DNA from: Callorhinchus milii
Lineage: Eukaryota
NCBI RefSeq assembly: GCF_018977255.1
Contig: NW_024704743.1
Span: forward strand, 73,596,001 to 73,660,000
Reading direction: 5' to 3'
DNA: 64,000 bases
Shown here piece after piece: positions 13,469 to 26,607 of this stretch. A program made the position numbers and the translations under genes. The notes beneath the pieces were generated by a model. The model was given only the letters and a program-made list of their open reading frames with translations. It was not told where the DNA came from and made no database searches. Position 1 is the stretch's first letter. Each line of letters opens with the position of its first letter.

Positions 13469-14372
13469 ATACTATTCACTAAGACACTGAGACTTTGGCA
13501 ATTTTAGTTAAGGCCATTTCAAAAATGTTTCAACCTCTCATACAAACAGGGCAGGTTATGCTTTAGCCCAAGAACATATTAAGAATAACTGTTGTACAAG
13601 ATCAAAAGCCAGCAGGAATATTGGAATCAATATCCCATTTGTTTTCTGATGATTTCAGCTCTGCACAAACCACTGCCGTGCATTGGAATTCCTTCACCAT
13701 GCCCAAATGCCATGTTCCTGATCTCAATCATATCAAGGTTGGGGAGATGCCAAGAGCAGATAATCCCCAATGCACCACAAAGCAAATCCCAAAACAAAGT
13801 TGTTTGTGCAGTCAGAGAAGGAATACATTCTTGTCTCTGAAAAATACATATAAGGCAGAATCTTATATGTCACGACTAAAAATGGATCTCGCAAAACTCT
13901 ACATGACATCTTGATGAAAGTGCCTGAAATTAGTGGCTAATTGGGTAGGAAGTCCCACTTCCAAAAGTTTAATCCAATTTAATCAGACAAACTGCAACGC
14001 AACTACATTAAAAAGAAGTTGTTAACATTATTGTTTGAACTAATCAAGTGCAAAATGCAGATTTTCTCCTGTTTTGAATATAGATTGTCACAAAGAATAA
14101 ACTTGGGTACTTCGTTGCCACATGTTATGACTATTTAGCTTCTCATTGACACAGATTGATGCCTGCAACTAGCACACAGAACAGAAAAATATTGAATTAT
14201 TAATGATACCTAAAACCTGTTTTCCCACTTTATTGATGAATCAGCACATTCAGGTACGGTCATTGTGAAGCTGAACATTCCCCTCTGCTATTATCAAAAA
14301 CTTTGCAGATTCACGGGCTATCTAATAGCTGCAAGACTGAGAACACCAGCCAGAAATATGAAATGATCTCTT

Positions 14373-14684
14373 ATAATAATAATCCTTGCATCTGAAATAG
14401 TGCTTTTCACGTCTTCTAGACATCTCAAAGCGCTTCACAGAATATGCTGTAAAGTGAATTGACTGTATATTTTGTGGGCGAAACATGGCAGCCAATTGTG
14501 CACAGCAGTGATCCACAAACAGTTGTGGATTGAGTAACCAAATTATTATTGTTTTTTTTTCTTGAGGGATTATTATCAGGCGTGTGGAGTAAGGAAACTT
14601 GTCCAAGGTTTCACCCTGCCGTGAATCAAACCCAGGTCTCTCGCTTGCGAGGCGAGTGCTCTAACCACTGAGCTACTGGACTCC
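14373..14684 (-). mobile_element. Young full-length tRNA-derived SINE (short subtype)
   Basis: Antisense head gctctaaccactgagctactggactcc through to the (aat)n tail. Confidence 0.92.
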
Positions 14685-17449
14685 AAAATGTATTAAATCA
14701 GCAGAGATAAGCATTATTATCAGATAATAAGGAAGACAACTTAATAAAAACAACTCTTGCATTTGATATAGGGCCTTTAGCACTTTGTTGAAAGGTAATT
14801 AACCCCTACACAGGATTTACTGTGAACAACAACAAATTGCAGTTATGTAATGCCTTTCACATCGGGAGGACGTGAACTATAGTGACTGCATTTGTCGGTG
14901 AACTTACAGCGCACGTCATTTGGAATACGTGCTGTGACGCTTTGACAAAATTATTTTTTGCATTAAATAAACATGACAATAATTCCGTTCTGCAAGCTGT
15001 TCCTATGAAATCTCTTGGTTCCGATATCATATCATTAAAACCAACATCAGTTTTTGAAACAACATTAACTTGCCAAGTTAAGTTAGTGGCAGGCCTCCTC
15101 CAGTGGTTTATTCAGCGAGTAACTGATCCAGAGGGACAGAGATGTTCCATCCAGGTTCAATCCCCGGTCAATGGGTTTGCTCTTGGCCAAATCCTGATCT
15201 CAGTAAGGCAGCACTTGGTGTAGTACTTGGGGTGACACAAGGTTAGGGTGAGCGGGAAAAAAATGAGCAATGAGTGACTGTTGCTTAGGAATCCTTATGC
15301 TAAGCAGCAATCACTGGTTGAAAAAACCTTGCCAACAAGGCTAAAAGTTAAAGAATGATTATATGGATATGAACAGGATGCCACAGATAGGCTGGACACA
15401 TGGAACAAATTAGAATCCATTGCTGAAAATACCCAAAAGTGTTTGCAGAAAAATCCTGTTGCATTCAGAATATGCTGCAGAGTTAAATCAGTTATAAGAC
15501 TTATTATTTGTCTGCTACATTTTTTAAAGGGAAACCACCCATATAAAGCTTGTTATTGCAACTGACAAATGTATCAGCAATGCAAAAAAATAAATTAAGG
15601 CAAAAGATGCAGCAATACACGTTTAATGCTTTCGAGACACCCATCTTTATTCTAAACGACAACAGAAACCTCCTAATCTCTGCAGATTTCAGCACTTTCC
15701 AGGTTCTGCCATGTAATCTTCTCACTAAATCATTTGTATTCTTTCTTCAAGCCTTGGTTGACTTTTCTGCTCAATTTAACATATACTCTAGTCCTATTTG
15801 CTCTAAGTGTGATCATTTTTGACTTGCACTGTGATCTAAGTGCTTTTGTGTTCATTGTCAATTACAGGTCTGAGCCATCAGGCAGTTACTGAAATAATAG
15901 ATTATCGCAGAAACCCATTATTTATCTAGCATTAAAGCAGTGCTCCTTTCATCTTTAAATCTGTTCTGGAAGCTGTCTGACCATGCAATATTCCCTTGGT
16001 AACTTCAACAACTACCTCAGTCTAGTGAGAAATGTCAAGACAGTATTTTAAATCCCACATGAAACAAACAGAGCTATTTTATGTAAAACAAGGTAATTGT
16101 GTATATTGAGTTGAACCTTTTGTTATAGCCAGCTAATAGCAGCTGCAATAAGTTAGTTTAAAATTGAGGACTGCTGCCTCTGTACCATTTCACAAAGCAG
16201 GAAATATTTAATTATTTCTGAGTACTGTTGGCTACAATCAAACCTGTTTAAAACTGTATATCTACAAACACATTTGGAAACTGATGAGTGCTCAGTTTCA
16301 ATAGTGTCTTTGTGAGAGACCCTGAGACTTCGACGAGAAATCACAGGACTTCCTCAAAACCTAACAAAATGGTTTTATTGCTTTGAGTGAAGCAATTTGC
16401 ATTTTTACCTAGATCGAAAATATGACAATTTTTTGGCACAGTGAGATTATTGCATGAATCTTTGCGATGAATAATTCAGCATGGTTATGCAGTTTGACAA
16501 AGTCGTAGGTGGATATGATGGTGTGGACAATGAAGGAGTGCAAACTGAGGGCATTTCCGTTTCGCCCAGAAAACATACAGTCAATTTACTTTACAGTATA
16601 TTGTGTGAAGTGTTTTGAGCCTACAAGACATGATAAGGTCCTAATAAATGCAAGGATTATTATTACTATTTGTAAAGTGTGTGAGGGCCTATAGAATGGA
16701 CTTGTGAAGGGGTACACACTGAGTACATGAGTTATGATGGCATATGTCCTGAGGTCTTGTCACTGAGGGTTTTACCTTTAAATTGTAGAGTATTTTGATC
16801 CATGTTTTATATGGGTGCAGCAATGACTCCTCAACGCAAGGTTAACACTGAAAGCTAAGCCGTAATTACTGACAGTCCCACAGTTCCTTAACATCAATCT
16901 TAATAGCAACCTTTTTATCTATTTGGCTTCTTACTTAACAAGATGAATCATTTTATTTGCATGCTAATTTACTTCAATCATTATTTTGAAACTCTGAAAA
17001 TGTAAGGTGATTATTATTGCAGTGTTTAGTGTACAAAAGGTTAATAAGCTTATGGTCTAATTATGTGACCCTCTGCCATGTAAATTTACCCAAGTACACT
17101 TTCACATTTCTTCATCAATAAATACCTGCAATTTGCATTTTGAATTAATTGCATCAGTACCGCTTGAAAATTGAGTGCGGGAATTCAATTAGACCTCCAA
17201 ACAATTAACTGTTAGTGTCAATATAGATTAGACTTTATATCACTGGAAACGTTTCTAAATCTACATGCAACTGGTTTTCTTTTCAAACTGCTTCAATTAA
17301 ATGGTAAATGTTTTCTTTGTGTTGTATTCTTTCTCTACCTGTTGTGAGGTATCAGTACAACTGGATTTCAAAAGTACACTAGTGACACCTAGCAGCTGAA
17401 CATTAAAGACATTGAAAGAGAAGGGAATTGGGGTTAAAGTAGTAAAGCA

Positions 17450-18020
17450 AAAACAAATGGATACCCTGCGAAGGTGATAGAGGTAGAGTCCGTTGTGGGT
17501 TTTAAGAGGGTAGTATAGACAGGTAAACAGGGTCTCCTTGGAGCTGCCTGGCAATGAAATGTCGTAATCGAGTCAACCCTCTGTCGATCTCGGTAGTCCG
17601 GTTCCTGAGCAAGGTGGGTTCGCGGTATTTCAGGGCACTACTGATGACAGCACAGCCAGCCTGATTCATCAGCAGGACTTGAAAGGGCAGACTAGTCACT
17701 GGGAACAGAGAGTCATCCCACAGGAGTCAGCTACTGTTAACTCTGCAAGCCAAAGCCCTAACAGATAGGGTGGTGCTAACTGGACAAGTAGCGGAAAAGC
17801 TTGACAGATAGCAATATCAATGGCAAGCCATGCGGTTTTAGCTGGTTAGACTGCCAACACACACTGCGGTTTCCCCAAGCCTTGGCTCTTGCCAACCTGC
17901 GCCTAATACTTTCCAGAATTAGGTAAGCAGGATGCGTAGGTGGGATGCATGAAGCTCTCAGCTTGGTTTGGATACTCTAAGCATGGTGATGGGTTTCTGC
18001 ATTTGTCAGATACCCCCAAA
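17450..18020. repeat. Unclassified interspersed repeat, copy 1
   Basis: Shares ggtggt.ctaactggacaa, atggcaagc.atgcggtttta, cgcctaatact and gatactct with 42100-42492, and its 3' blocks with 61925-62092; left boundary uncertain. Confidence 0.75.
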
Positions 18021-18259
18021 AAGTTAAACATTGCTACAAATTGTTACTTTTTCACAGGTGTTATATACAATGCGTGGTACACTTTAGGCTTCCTACGTAT
18101 AACATGCAGGCCCTCTGGGGTCCAGTGAACTCTCAGCAGCCGCTGGAAACTCAGTAACATCCTGATGACCCAAATGTGCTCACTGCTAGCCATTTTTATA
18201 GCAGGTCTTATTGTAACCTTTGATGTTATATACCCAACCCTCTGCGTTTTACAAGGTCT

Positions 18260-18740
18260 GACTGACCAACTGTGGTTGTCGTCTCCAAATCATAAGGAAG
18301 GGACTTACAGCCTAAAGGCAGGGTAGAGGAGAGCAACAAGGATTATTCACAGTGTTAAGTGGATGAGGTATGAGGAACCTCCAGATAAACAAGTGTTCCC
18401 AGCCTTGTAAAGAGAAGGCTCAGAGGGGTCCTTACAGGAGATATAAAATATGCTAAATGGGATTGGGAAAGGAAATCAATAGCAATGATTTTATGTAAGC
18501 CAAGGCAGGAGAACAAGTGAACACTGATTTAGGATTGTGAACGGCAGCTTTAAAACAGATGTCAGGAAGTATTTCTTTACAGAGTGGAAAGCCAACAGCT
18601 GAAATGATTACTAGGAAGGGAAATTGAAACCAGGTCCTTGAATCATTTAAAAAAACAACTCGATACCGTAATTTGGAAGACAGTGGGGTAGATATTCTAA
18701 AAGCATGAGATCAGATGGGCTGTAGGCCTTCTTCATCTGA
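18260..18740 (+). mobile_element. Old degraded CR1 3' region
   Basis: Degenerate ORF2 C-terminus (aggagagcaacaaggat.., gtcaggaagtatttctttacagag) and gatgggc..ggccttcttca terminus. Confidence 0.65.
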
Positions 18741-19144
18741 ACCAACCTTTCAGACTTTGGGCAAGAAATTAACAAAATAAAATTGAATGTCAGCAGGGAG
18801 GGGCATATGCTTTTGTAAAGACTCCTGCAAATAATGTTCTCTATTATATGCACAATATCTTTGTTTAGATGTTAATAATGAATTGCCTTTGCGCAGAAGT
18901 TACAAATGAATAACCAGTGTGAGACATTCATGCTGCCAGCTACACAACATGCTGATGAGAGGTGATTTGTCTCTTTGCATTGCATACATAAAAATAACCA
19001 CTACATTGCCTTTCAACAGGATGTAAAATATGCTTCTGATGCAATGCATTTCCAAACCTTTCAAATGGGACATAGGAAACACAAGTCACATTTCAGTATT
19101 ATACACTACAGCCTCAGTACTCTAAGAAAATTAAGATAACAATC

Positions 19145-19480
19145 ATATTAATAATGCATTTGATACAGCACACGTCGTTGAGATGTCTCAAAATACGTCA
19201 CATTACCGTAAAGCGTAGTGACTGCATGTTGCAGGCAAATATGATAGCCAATTTGTGCACAGCAATGTCTGATAAACACCGATGAAGTGAATGACCAATT
19301 TTATCTGGGATTGTGGCCAGGACACTGGGAGAAACTCCCTTCTCTTTTTTGAACAGTGTCATGTGATCTTTAACATCCACCTGATCAGGCCGATTGACCA
19401 TTCGTTTAACGTCTCATCGAAAGGACAGCACCTCTGACAATCAACACTTCCCCAGTGCTATATAGTGTCAGCCTAGACCT
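19145..19480 (-). mobile_element. Old Deu-domain SINE
   Basis: gccaatttgtgcacagcaa, gatctttaacatccacctga, gacagcacctctgaca. Confidence 0.8.
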
Positions 19481-21592
19481 GTGATAGAACACAGAATATT
19501 ACAACTGGGATTGAATCTGTGAAAAGTAAATACAGTATATTGCAAAAATGGAAGTCTCATCATCCAACTCAGAGAAGCAAAATTAATCCTAAATATTGAT
19601 TCTATTTTGTTTATGCTTCAAACATAATTTTTCTTAGCTTCTGAGTTCCTATTAAACACTTATTATGCAGCAGTTGGCAATACAATTGAGCTGTATATTA
19701 GACAAAACACAGGATCCCCTCTTTTAGATCACAACTGAAGACATTTCTCAACGACTATGCTTGCGGTCACCTCATTCCTACTCCCGGCTTGGGGTCAGGC
19801 TCCACCACCATTAAGCGCTCCGAGAATCCACTCAGCGTGAAGGGTGTTATATAAATGCAAGTTGTTGTTGTAGTTCGCTCTAAAAGGCCTTTTTGACTAC
19901 AGCTCCAGTCTGACCACATGACTTTCTCGATGCCCTATATAATGTGAAGTCAATGGCGGTTTTCAATCAGCGTTTTGTGTTCCAGCTCCAAATTGTCTGG
20001 ACTATTCAATCTTTTTTTGTGTACAATCAATTGATCAAATAACTGTTCAAATTCTAAGATAAACGTTCTCAATCTAACAAGACAAAGTGAAATTTAATCC
20101 ATGCCAAAAATTTAAAAACTAATCCTCGTCTGACTTTATATGCAGAATGTCTTTTGGAAACAACTGATAATAATGGTTTGGTTTATCTCATCTGCCTGAC
20201 TCTTGGTGCTTAGCTGTGACCCACTGCCTCCTTGCATAAAGATTTAAAGTGCGTATTAAAAGATTACTTTGGTAGATATGAATGAAAGAGTATAGATTGC
20301 TTGTCCTTGGACCAGTCCCGCAGCAAAACTTAAAAAAAATCCACAGATTTGTAAGGTACTGACACTCAATACCAGCTGCCATTTGGGAATGAAATGACTC
20401 AATTCTTTTCACACTCAGATTAATGGAGCAAACAGAAACATTATAGGGAACTCTTAAATTCCTTCTGATGTTTTCATTATAAATTCCTGAGTGGCAGACC
20501 ACATTTGCAATAATGCACAAGTAATTTAGGAACTAAAAGAAAATTCTGCACGCTCTGAGACATTATTAACCTGTAAAACTGCTGATCTGTGCAAAACTAA
20601 AAATGCACAAGCAACTCTTTTGAACCTGAAGCATGACAAAGTAAACTAAATTTGCAAAGTCACTGATAAAAATGTGCTCAGCACCACTGCCTGTGATTTG
20701 CTCCCAAATGGGGAAAGAACAAGGAATTAGCGCTTAACAATAGTACAGCATATCTCTGAAGCAGATATTGTCATTCAGTGGTTCAAGAATAACTTCTGCA
20801 AATATCAATACAATTTCTCTTCTCATCTCATGCTTGGAATGTGGCCATTTTTCTTGGATGTTCCAGCACAGAGAGCGAATAAATCGGAAATATGCTGGTG
20901 AGGCAAGGATGGCTTTGTGAGCTGGTTGTTGAAATATACAATTGAGGCAACAGATTGAGCGTGGAGAAATTCAATTGGCTCTGGTCACAGTTGACATGCA
21001 CTTGGCTCCACTATGTAACATAAACGTGAAAGAAGTACTCTGCTCTCCCCAAGCAAATTAATCCCTTGTCGACAATCGCACAAACAGTGCACCCTGTTTT
21101 GGAACATAGGAAAGGAGAGTGGCCATTCAGCCCATCAAGCCTGTTCCACCATTTTATTAGATTATGGCCATTTCTTTTCTGTAGTAGTGCATTGCACATT
21201 TGCACAACTGTTTGCGTAAAGAAATGGTTTCTGAACTCACTCCCAACTTGAGCAACTTGCTGCACTGATTGACAAGTTGGTTGGTGACCTCGGGTAAACT
21301 TGTGGCAAATAGTGCATCATGAACCTTTCCCCAATTCTGTTACCTAATAGGAATCCTGACACCTTAAAACATTAAACAAAACCCATAAAAAAGTCAGAAA
21401 GTTGATAATTCTAGCTATACTTTCTGTATATGTACCTTTTTTCTAGTCTTTGGAGCAAAAAGCCTTGCATTTTAATGCCAAGCTAAACAACATGATGGGA
21501 ACTATTTATAAACCTGTGTATTCAATGACTTAATGACACAGTCAGGCGTGAAAAAGTTCAGAAATGTTTACGTATAATGTTTGATTATCAAG

Positions 21593-21857
21593 TGTCTCTC
21601 CTCTGTATGTGTGTTTATGAGTGTCTCTGTGTGATTGTGTCTGTGTGTGTCTCTCTCTCCTCTGTCTGTATGTGTGTATGTCTCTTTGCATTTATGAGTG
21701 CGTATGTGTGTGTCCCTCTCTGAGAATGTGTGTCTCTGTGTCTGTGAGTGTGTGTCTCTCTGTGTCTGAGTGTGTGTGTGTGTGGCTCTGTGTCTGTGAG
21801 TGTGTGTCTCTCTCTGTGCCCTTTTGTCTGTCTGTGAGTGTCTCTATGTTTGTGTGT
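21593..21857. repeat. Degenerate (TG)n/(TC)n microsatellite
   Basis: Directly visible low-complexity dinucleotide tract. Confidence 0.95.
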
Positions 21858-22290
21858 GGTGGCCAGCCCTGAGTGGCAGGAGATGGTGAGCTCCTGCAAT
21901 AATCTAATATGTGTTATTTCTTCATGTTTAGTTTTTATCAATAAAGTGAAAAAATGTAGGTTGGCAGTGAAATGTACCTGAATAGCACTAATCAAGCCCA
22001 CAACATTTAACAAATTTCCCTGCAAATTGTGGAAAATATTTCCACAATTTTCTAAAGGCCCTGATCATGATATAAAATCTGGATGTCACTTTGCAGAGCA
22101 CTGATTGAAACACAATCCAATCCAATACATTGCATGGCTGTTAAGTGAATCTGCTTTGAACACACATGGAAGTGGATTTCCCTGTTTTATTGCCTAGAAG
22201 CAACAAAGCATAGTTGCTTCTGTTTTCTGGACAATCCTTTTGTAGGTCCTCACTTACTTCAAAATTCAGTAATGCTCTTACACAAAACTC

Positions 22291-22405
22291 GTTTCGCCCA
22301 CAAAATATAGTCAATTCACTTTGCAGTATATTCTGTGAAATGCTTTGAGACACCTCGAAGACGTGATAAGGCGCTATAACAAATGAAAGGGTTATTATTA
22401 TTATT
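22291..22405 (+). mobile_element. Young SINE 3' fragment
   Basis: gtttcgcccacaaaatatagtcaattcac...gacgtgataaggcgctata..(tta)n. Confidence 0.85.
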
Positions 22406-23779
22406 TTCCACATACAATTTAAGGTTCTGCGCACCAGCCATATTAGATCCCTCAGTTCTTCCATCAGTTGAGGATTTTAACGTTAAATATATATTTTCAT
22501 GTTTTCCCCCCAAATTGTTCCACACATTTATCGACCCTGAATTTCAATCTTTAGTCAAACTTTAATTAACACAGCAGAGGTTTGAGAAAGTTACTCTCTG
22601 TCCCAGTAATAGTGGCTCACAGTTAACTTTTCTTGTCCAAACTATAAACACTGCACTTAAATCAGACAAAATCTTAATCAGGTGTCAATTTGCAGAGTGT
22701 AGCATTTTCAGCTTTGAATCAAAGGGTATGGGTTTAAGCCCCATGTTGGGACTTTAGAACTCACAGTCTAGGCTGAGGGAGTGCTATGTTGTCAAAGAAA
22801 CCATCGGTCAGAGGAGATGTTAAATAAACCTCCCTGCTCAGGCGCAGTTGTTTCTGTTTTCTGGACAACCCTTTTGTAGGTCCCCACTTACTTCAAAATT
22901 CAGTAATGCTCTTAAACAAAACCCATTTCGCAATTTTAACAACTGCCATTTACCCTATTCATGCCAAGTGCTGGGTAGTGTGCGATTTCTTCCTTGGAGA
23001 CAAAAAAGTTGCCAGAACATGAATGAAGCCGCGGTCAAAGAGGAAGCTTGAAGGAGGCGAGGGAAGGGGCAAGACGAAGGCAATCTGGGATGAGTACCAG
23101 AGAATGGGGGCATTCCCTTCTCCCTTCTACATACATCAAGTTCCCGCTGACTGTGCTTTGTTTCACATCAGAGCTCAGTTTTCCAAAGGCTAGGAGGGTA
23201 TAATTCTGAACGAGGGTGATACTATCTCCACATTGTTCAGTCATTATTTTGTTAGGATTTTTTGGCTGTGGTGTAAGCAAGACAAACAAGGAGCATTGGG
23301 TGAAGTGCTTTGATAGTCTCTGACTAACTATTAATGAGCTGTCACTTGGGATTGTCAGGTTTGCCTCCTCAAATATGGAAATCTGGTTCTTTGGGAAAAG
23401 TGAGTAATCTTCACAATGATCTTTGTGAGTGATTACCAGTCCACATTGATATGTAGTTAATTGTGAGACAGTTGCCAGACTTAAAAGGGTTAATTAAATA
23501 GTGTTGCTCAGCACTCTAACATTAATTACTTGATGAAGCAGAATGCAGATAAAATGAGACACATGCATGGTAGGAGTTAGGTTATGTATGAGGAAACAAA
23601 TTGTCATGCACAGTGCATGCCTGCCTGCTTTTGAATCTCATTTAAAAAATACAATCCTAATGAAGCCGGCACATCAGTGTAACCCCATAATCCTTTTCAG
23701 GTTATGGAACTACAGCCCTTGTCTTAATAATGATTACTGAAGTTAGAGTATATATTTGATTTATTGATATAATGCCTGT

Positions 23780-24215
23780 CAGATATCAAGGTAAGAGCAA
23801 GACATGGACTTGGATTCAGAATTGGCTAAAGTGAAGGAAGAGGAGGTTCTGTTCAGAGTTAAATCACAATGAAGGAGATATTAAACTTGGTGCCTTGGGG
23901 ATCGTACTGAGACTCCGAATGTTCCTTAATGATATGGATTCACAGACCCAGTACAAGGGAGTTACATTTGCAGATGACAACTAGATCTATGGAATCAGAG
24001 GTATTAGCAAAGATCTTACAAAGAGAGTTTGATAGGGTTTATACATGGTCTGATATCGTAGAAATGGAGTGTAATACAGACTAATACAGATTACAAGGTA
24101 CTGCTTATAGGAAGTGAGAATAGGAAACACATGGACTCCATGGATGGGATAGAATTTTCCAAGAAGGAAACTGAAAGCGATCGGGGATGTTGGTTGATTC
24201 ATCAATCTCGATATG
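23780..24215 (+). mobile_element. Old degraded CR1 RT fragment
   Basis: tggattcagaattggcta (WIQNWL), ggtgccttggggatc, tttgcagatgaca (FADD). Confidence 0.7.
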
Positions 24216-24253
24216 AAAACATACGAGATGGCAATAAACAAGACAAATATATT

Positions 24254-24560
24254 CAAAACGCAAAATACTGCAGATGCTGGAAATCTGAAACAAAAACAGA
24301 GAGAGCTGGGAAAACTCAGCAGGTCAGGCAGCATCTATGGAGAAAGGAAAGTGAGTCAACGTTTCGGGTTTACGACCCTTCGTCACAACTGGGGCATGTA
24401 GGGAGGGAGAGGTTTTTAAGGACAAGTTGAGAGAGGGAGGCAGGACAAGGACAACAGAGAAGACAACAAAGAAGACAAAGGAGAGAATGTGTTTGTTGAT
24501 GGGTTAAAGAGATGATAGTGGCGTAAAACAAAAGGTGTGGGGGGTGGGGTTTGTACAACA
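24254..24560 (-). mobile_element. Penelope-like element (PLE) terminal fragment
   Basis: aaatactgcagatgctggaaatctgaa...aactcagcaggtcaggcagcatct block, recalled as typical of shark PLE termini, with a hammerhead motif. Confidence 0.75.
24354..24390 (-). ncRNA. Minimal type-I hammerhead ribozyme remnant (C3>G core variant)
   Basis: Minus strand AGUU-GUGACGA-A-GGGU-cguaa-ACCC-GAAA-CGUU-GACU: helix I, helix II, GAAA and palindromic ACGU helix III. Confidence 0.7.
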
Positions 24561-24589
24561 AAAGCGGGGGGGTGGGGGGGATTGAAACA

Positions 24590-24966
24590 AAACTGGGGAG
24601 AAGCTCTTGTCCCCAAAACTCTTCTCCCCAGCTTTGTTTCCCACCAATGCTTTCTCAACCTTCAAAACGCTCATTCATACTTCTGTCACCTCCAGACTCA
24701 ACTTTTCAAATGCGCTCCTGCTGCCGTTTCCATTTCCACTATCCACAAGCTCTTGCTCACCCCAAACTCCATCACCCCGTATCTACCCTTACGAAACTTT
24801 GCATTCATCTCCATCCTCGGCAGGCTCTGTTGTCTCCTCATCTCCCAGGAGATCAAATCTAAAATTATCTACAACCCATCCTCCACTCAGTGTCTGTAAC
24901 TGTCTTAGTACTCTGAGATCTTACTCTACGTGGAAGATGTTTACTATATAAATGCAATTTGTTGTT
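24590..24966 (+). mobile_element. Degraded L2 3' fragment
   Basis: LIHTSVTSRLNFSNALL motif; tail actatataaatgcaatttgttgtt. Confidence 0.75.
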
Positions 24967-26334
24967 CTAATGTATTCTCAGTGCTAAATTGTGTTAGTTT
25001 ACCACTGGGCATTTTAGCAGAAAAAGGAGATACTTGGTTGTGTAAAAATTATGCACAATTATAGAAACAAAATCAAAATGAGTCAAATTTCTAATCATAG
25101 ATAAGAATTATTTATGAATTATTGTATATGGAACCACCAAAAATTGCTAACTCAAATCTGGGCAGCAATTCCTAACAGTATAAAGAACTTCAATTAAGGT
25201 TTACATGCTGGTGTTTTTAACAAAATCAGAATTCTGACTTGAGGCAGACAGTTGTATCTCTGTGTGATTGATGTATAAATATTGAGTTCAAAAGCTGTAG
25301 GACTTGGAATATCCCCAGTATATAACAAACTGATCCCAAAGAGGAACAATGTACTTCTGCAACAAAGCATTCATATTCCACAGCCTTGGGCTGAGAAGTA
25401 AAGGTTACGTGCGTTGGAAAGGGCTGCTTTTTGTTCCCTTTGGTATATAGTCTGAAGGATTTTAAGCTCAAATGAATGAAGTTCAATTTTTTTCCCTGTC
25501 TATAATCATACTGATCCGCCTGTTTTTTTTTAAATTCGCTCGTGGAGGAGTATTCTTTCATAAACTTCTGAGAGGTTTATGAAACCCTGCTGACATTTTG
25601 TGCGTGAGAAAATTCAGAAATGGCTCGACAAAAATACTTGGTGCACAAAAGTCCACTTCCTGCAGAAAGTTGTTATATAGGGAAGTTCAACTATATTCAG
25701 AAAAGTAACATCTATTAAAGTGTAGATGGGATGATAGATGGGTTGACAGGGTAGATCAATGTTCAAAACTGAAAATGTCATAGTTGTTATTCGTAATTAC
25801 AATTCAAAGTCTAGCTAACAAGCTGAACACCACCACACACTAGAATTGGGCCACAATAATATACAGTCAATTCACTTTACAGCATATTCTGTGAAGCGCT
25901 TTGAGATGTCTCCAAGACGTGATAAGGCGTTATATCAAATGCAGGAATTATTATTATTATTGCTATTATAATAGTACTAATGTTTAATTAGCACCTTTTT
26001 GTTGCAAGAATGTCTCAAAGCGCTTCACAAGATAAACCGTGAAGTGTGGTGACTGTATCTTGTCAGAGAATTCTCACCATCAGTTACAAATTGCTAACTC
26101 AACGTTTACTGCTGGTAGAAGATCCTCTTTGTCTGAATTCCTCATTATATCAAGTCGATCAATCTGTCCACCTCAACAGGTTTTAAATATGCCAATAATA
26201 ATGCAAAATATTTATGAGTAGTTCTTCCAGAATTGCACAATGTCCACGTCTGAAAGAAATGAAGGTGAAGGCAGGATTTTCTTCTCGCCGCTTATTTGCT
26301 GGCCATTCCTGTGAATTTGTATTATATTGTACAC

Positions 26335-26600
26335 GGAGTCCTGTAGCGTATTGGTTAGAGCACTCGCCTCACAATCAAATAGACCTGTGTTTGATTCCCG
26401 GGCAGAGTAAACCCTTAGGCAAGTTTCCTTACTCCACGCACCCCTTCACCTCACAGTAAGTAGGAGCCCAGTTGTTAGTCGATTGGCGGTTCGCTTTCTG
26501 GAGTAAAAATCCCTTAAAAAATAATAACAATTTGTTCACTCAATCCATGACTGTTTGTGGGATGCTGTTGTGTGCAATTGGCTGCTGTGTTTTGCCCACA
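26335..26600 (+). mobile_element. Young SINE (long subtype), 5' part; interrupted by L2
   Basis: Head ggagtcctgtagcgtattggttagagc to tttgcccaca; remainder at 27490-27593. Confidence 0.88.
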
Positions 26601-26607
26601 GAGTAAA

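Noticed and set aside
21615..22025. His/Thr-rich and Cys/Val-rich ORFs
   Set aside because: Translation of a TG/TC microsatellite.
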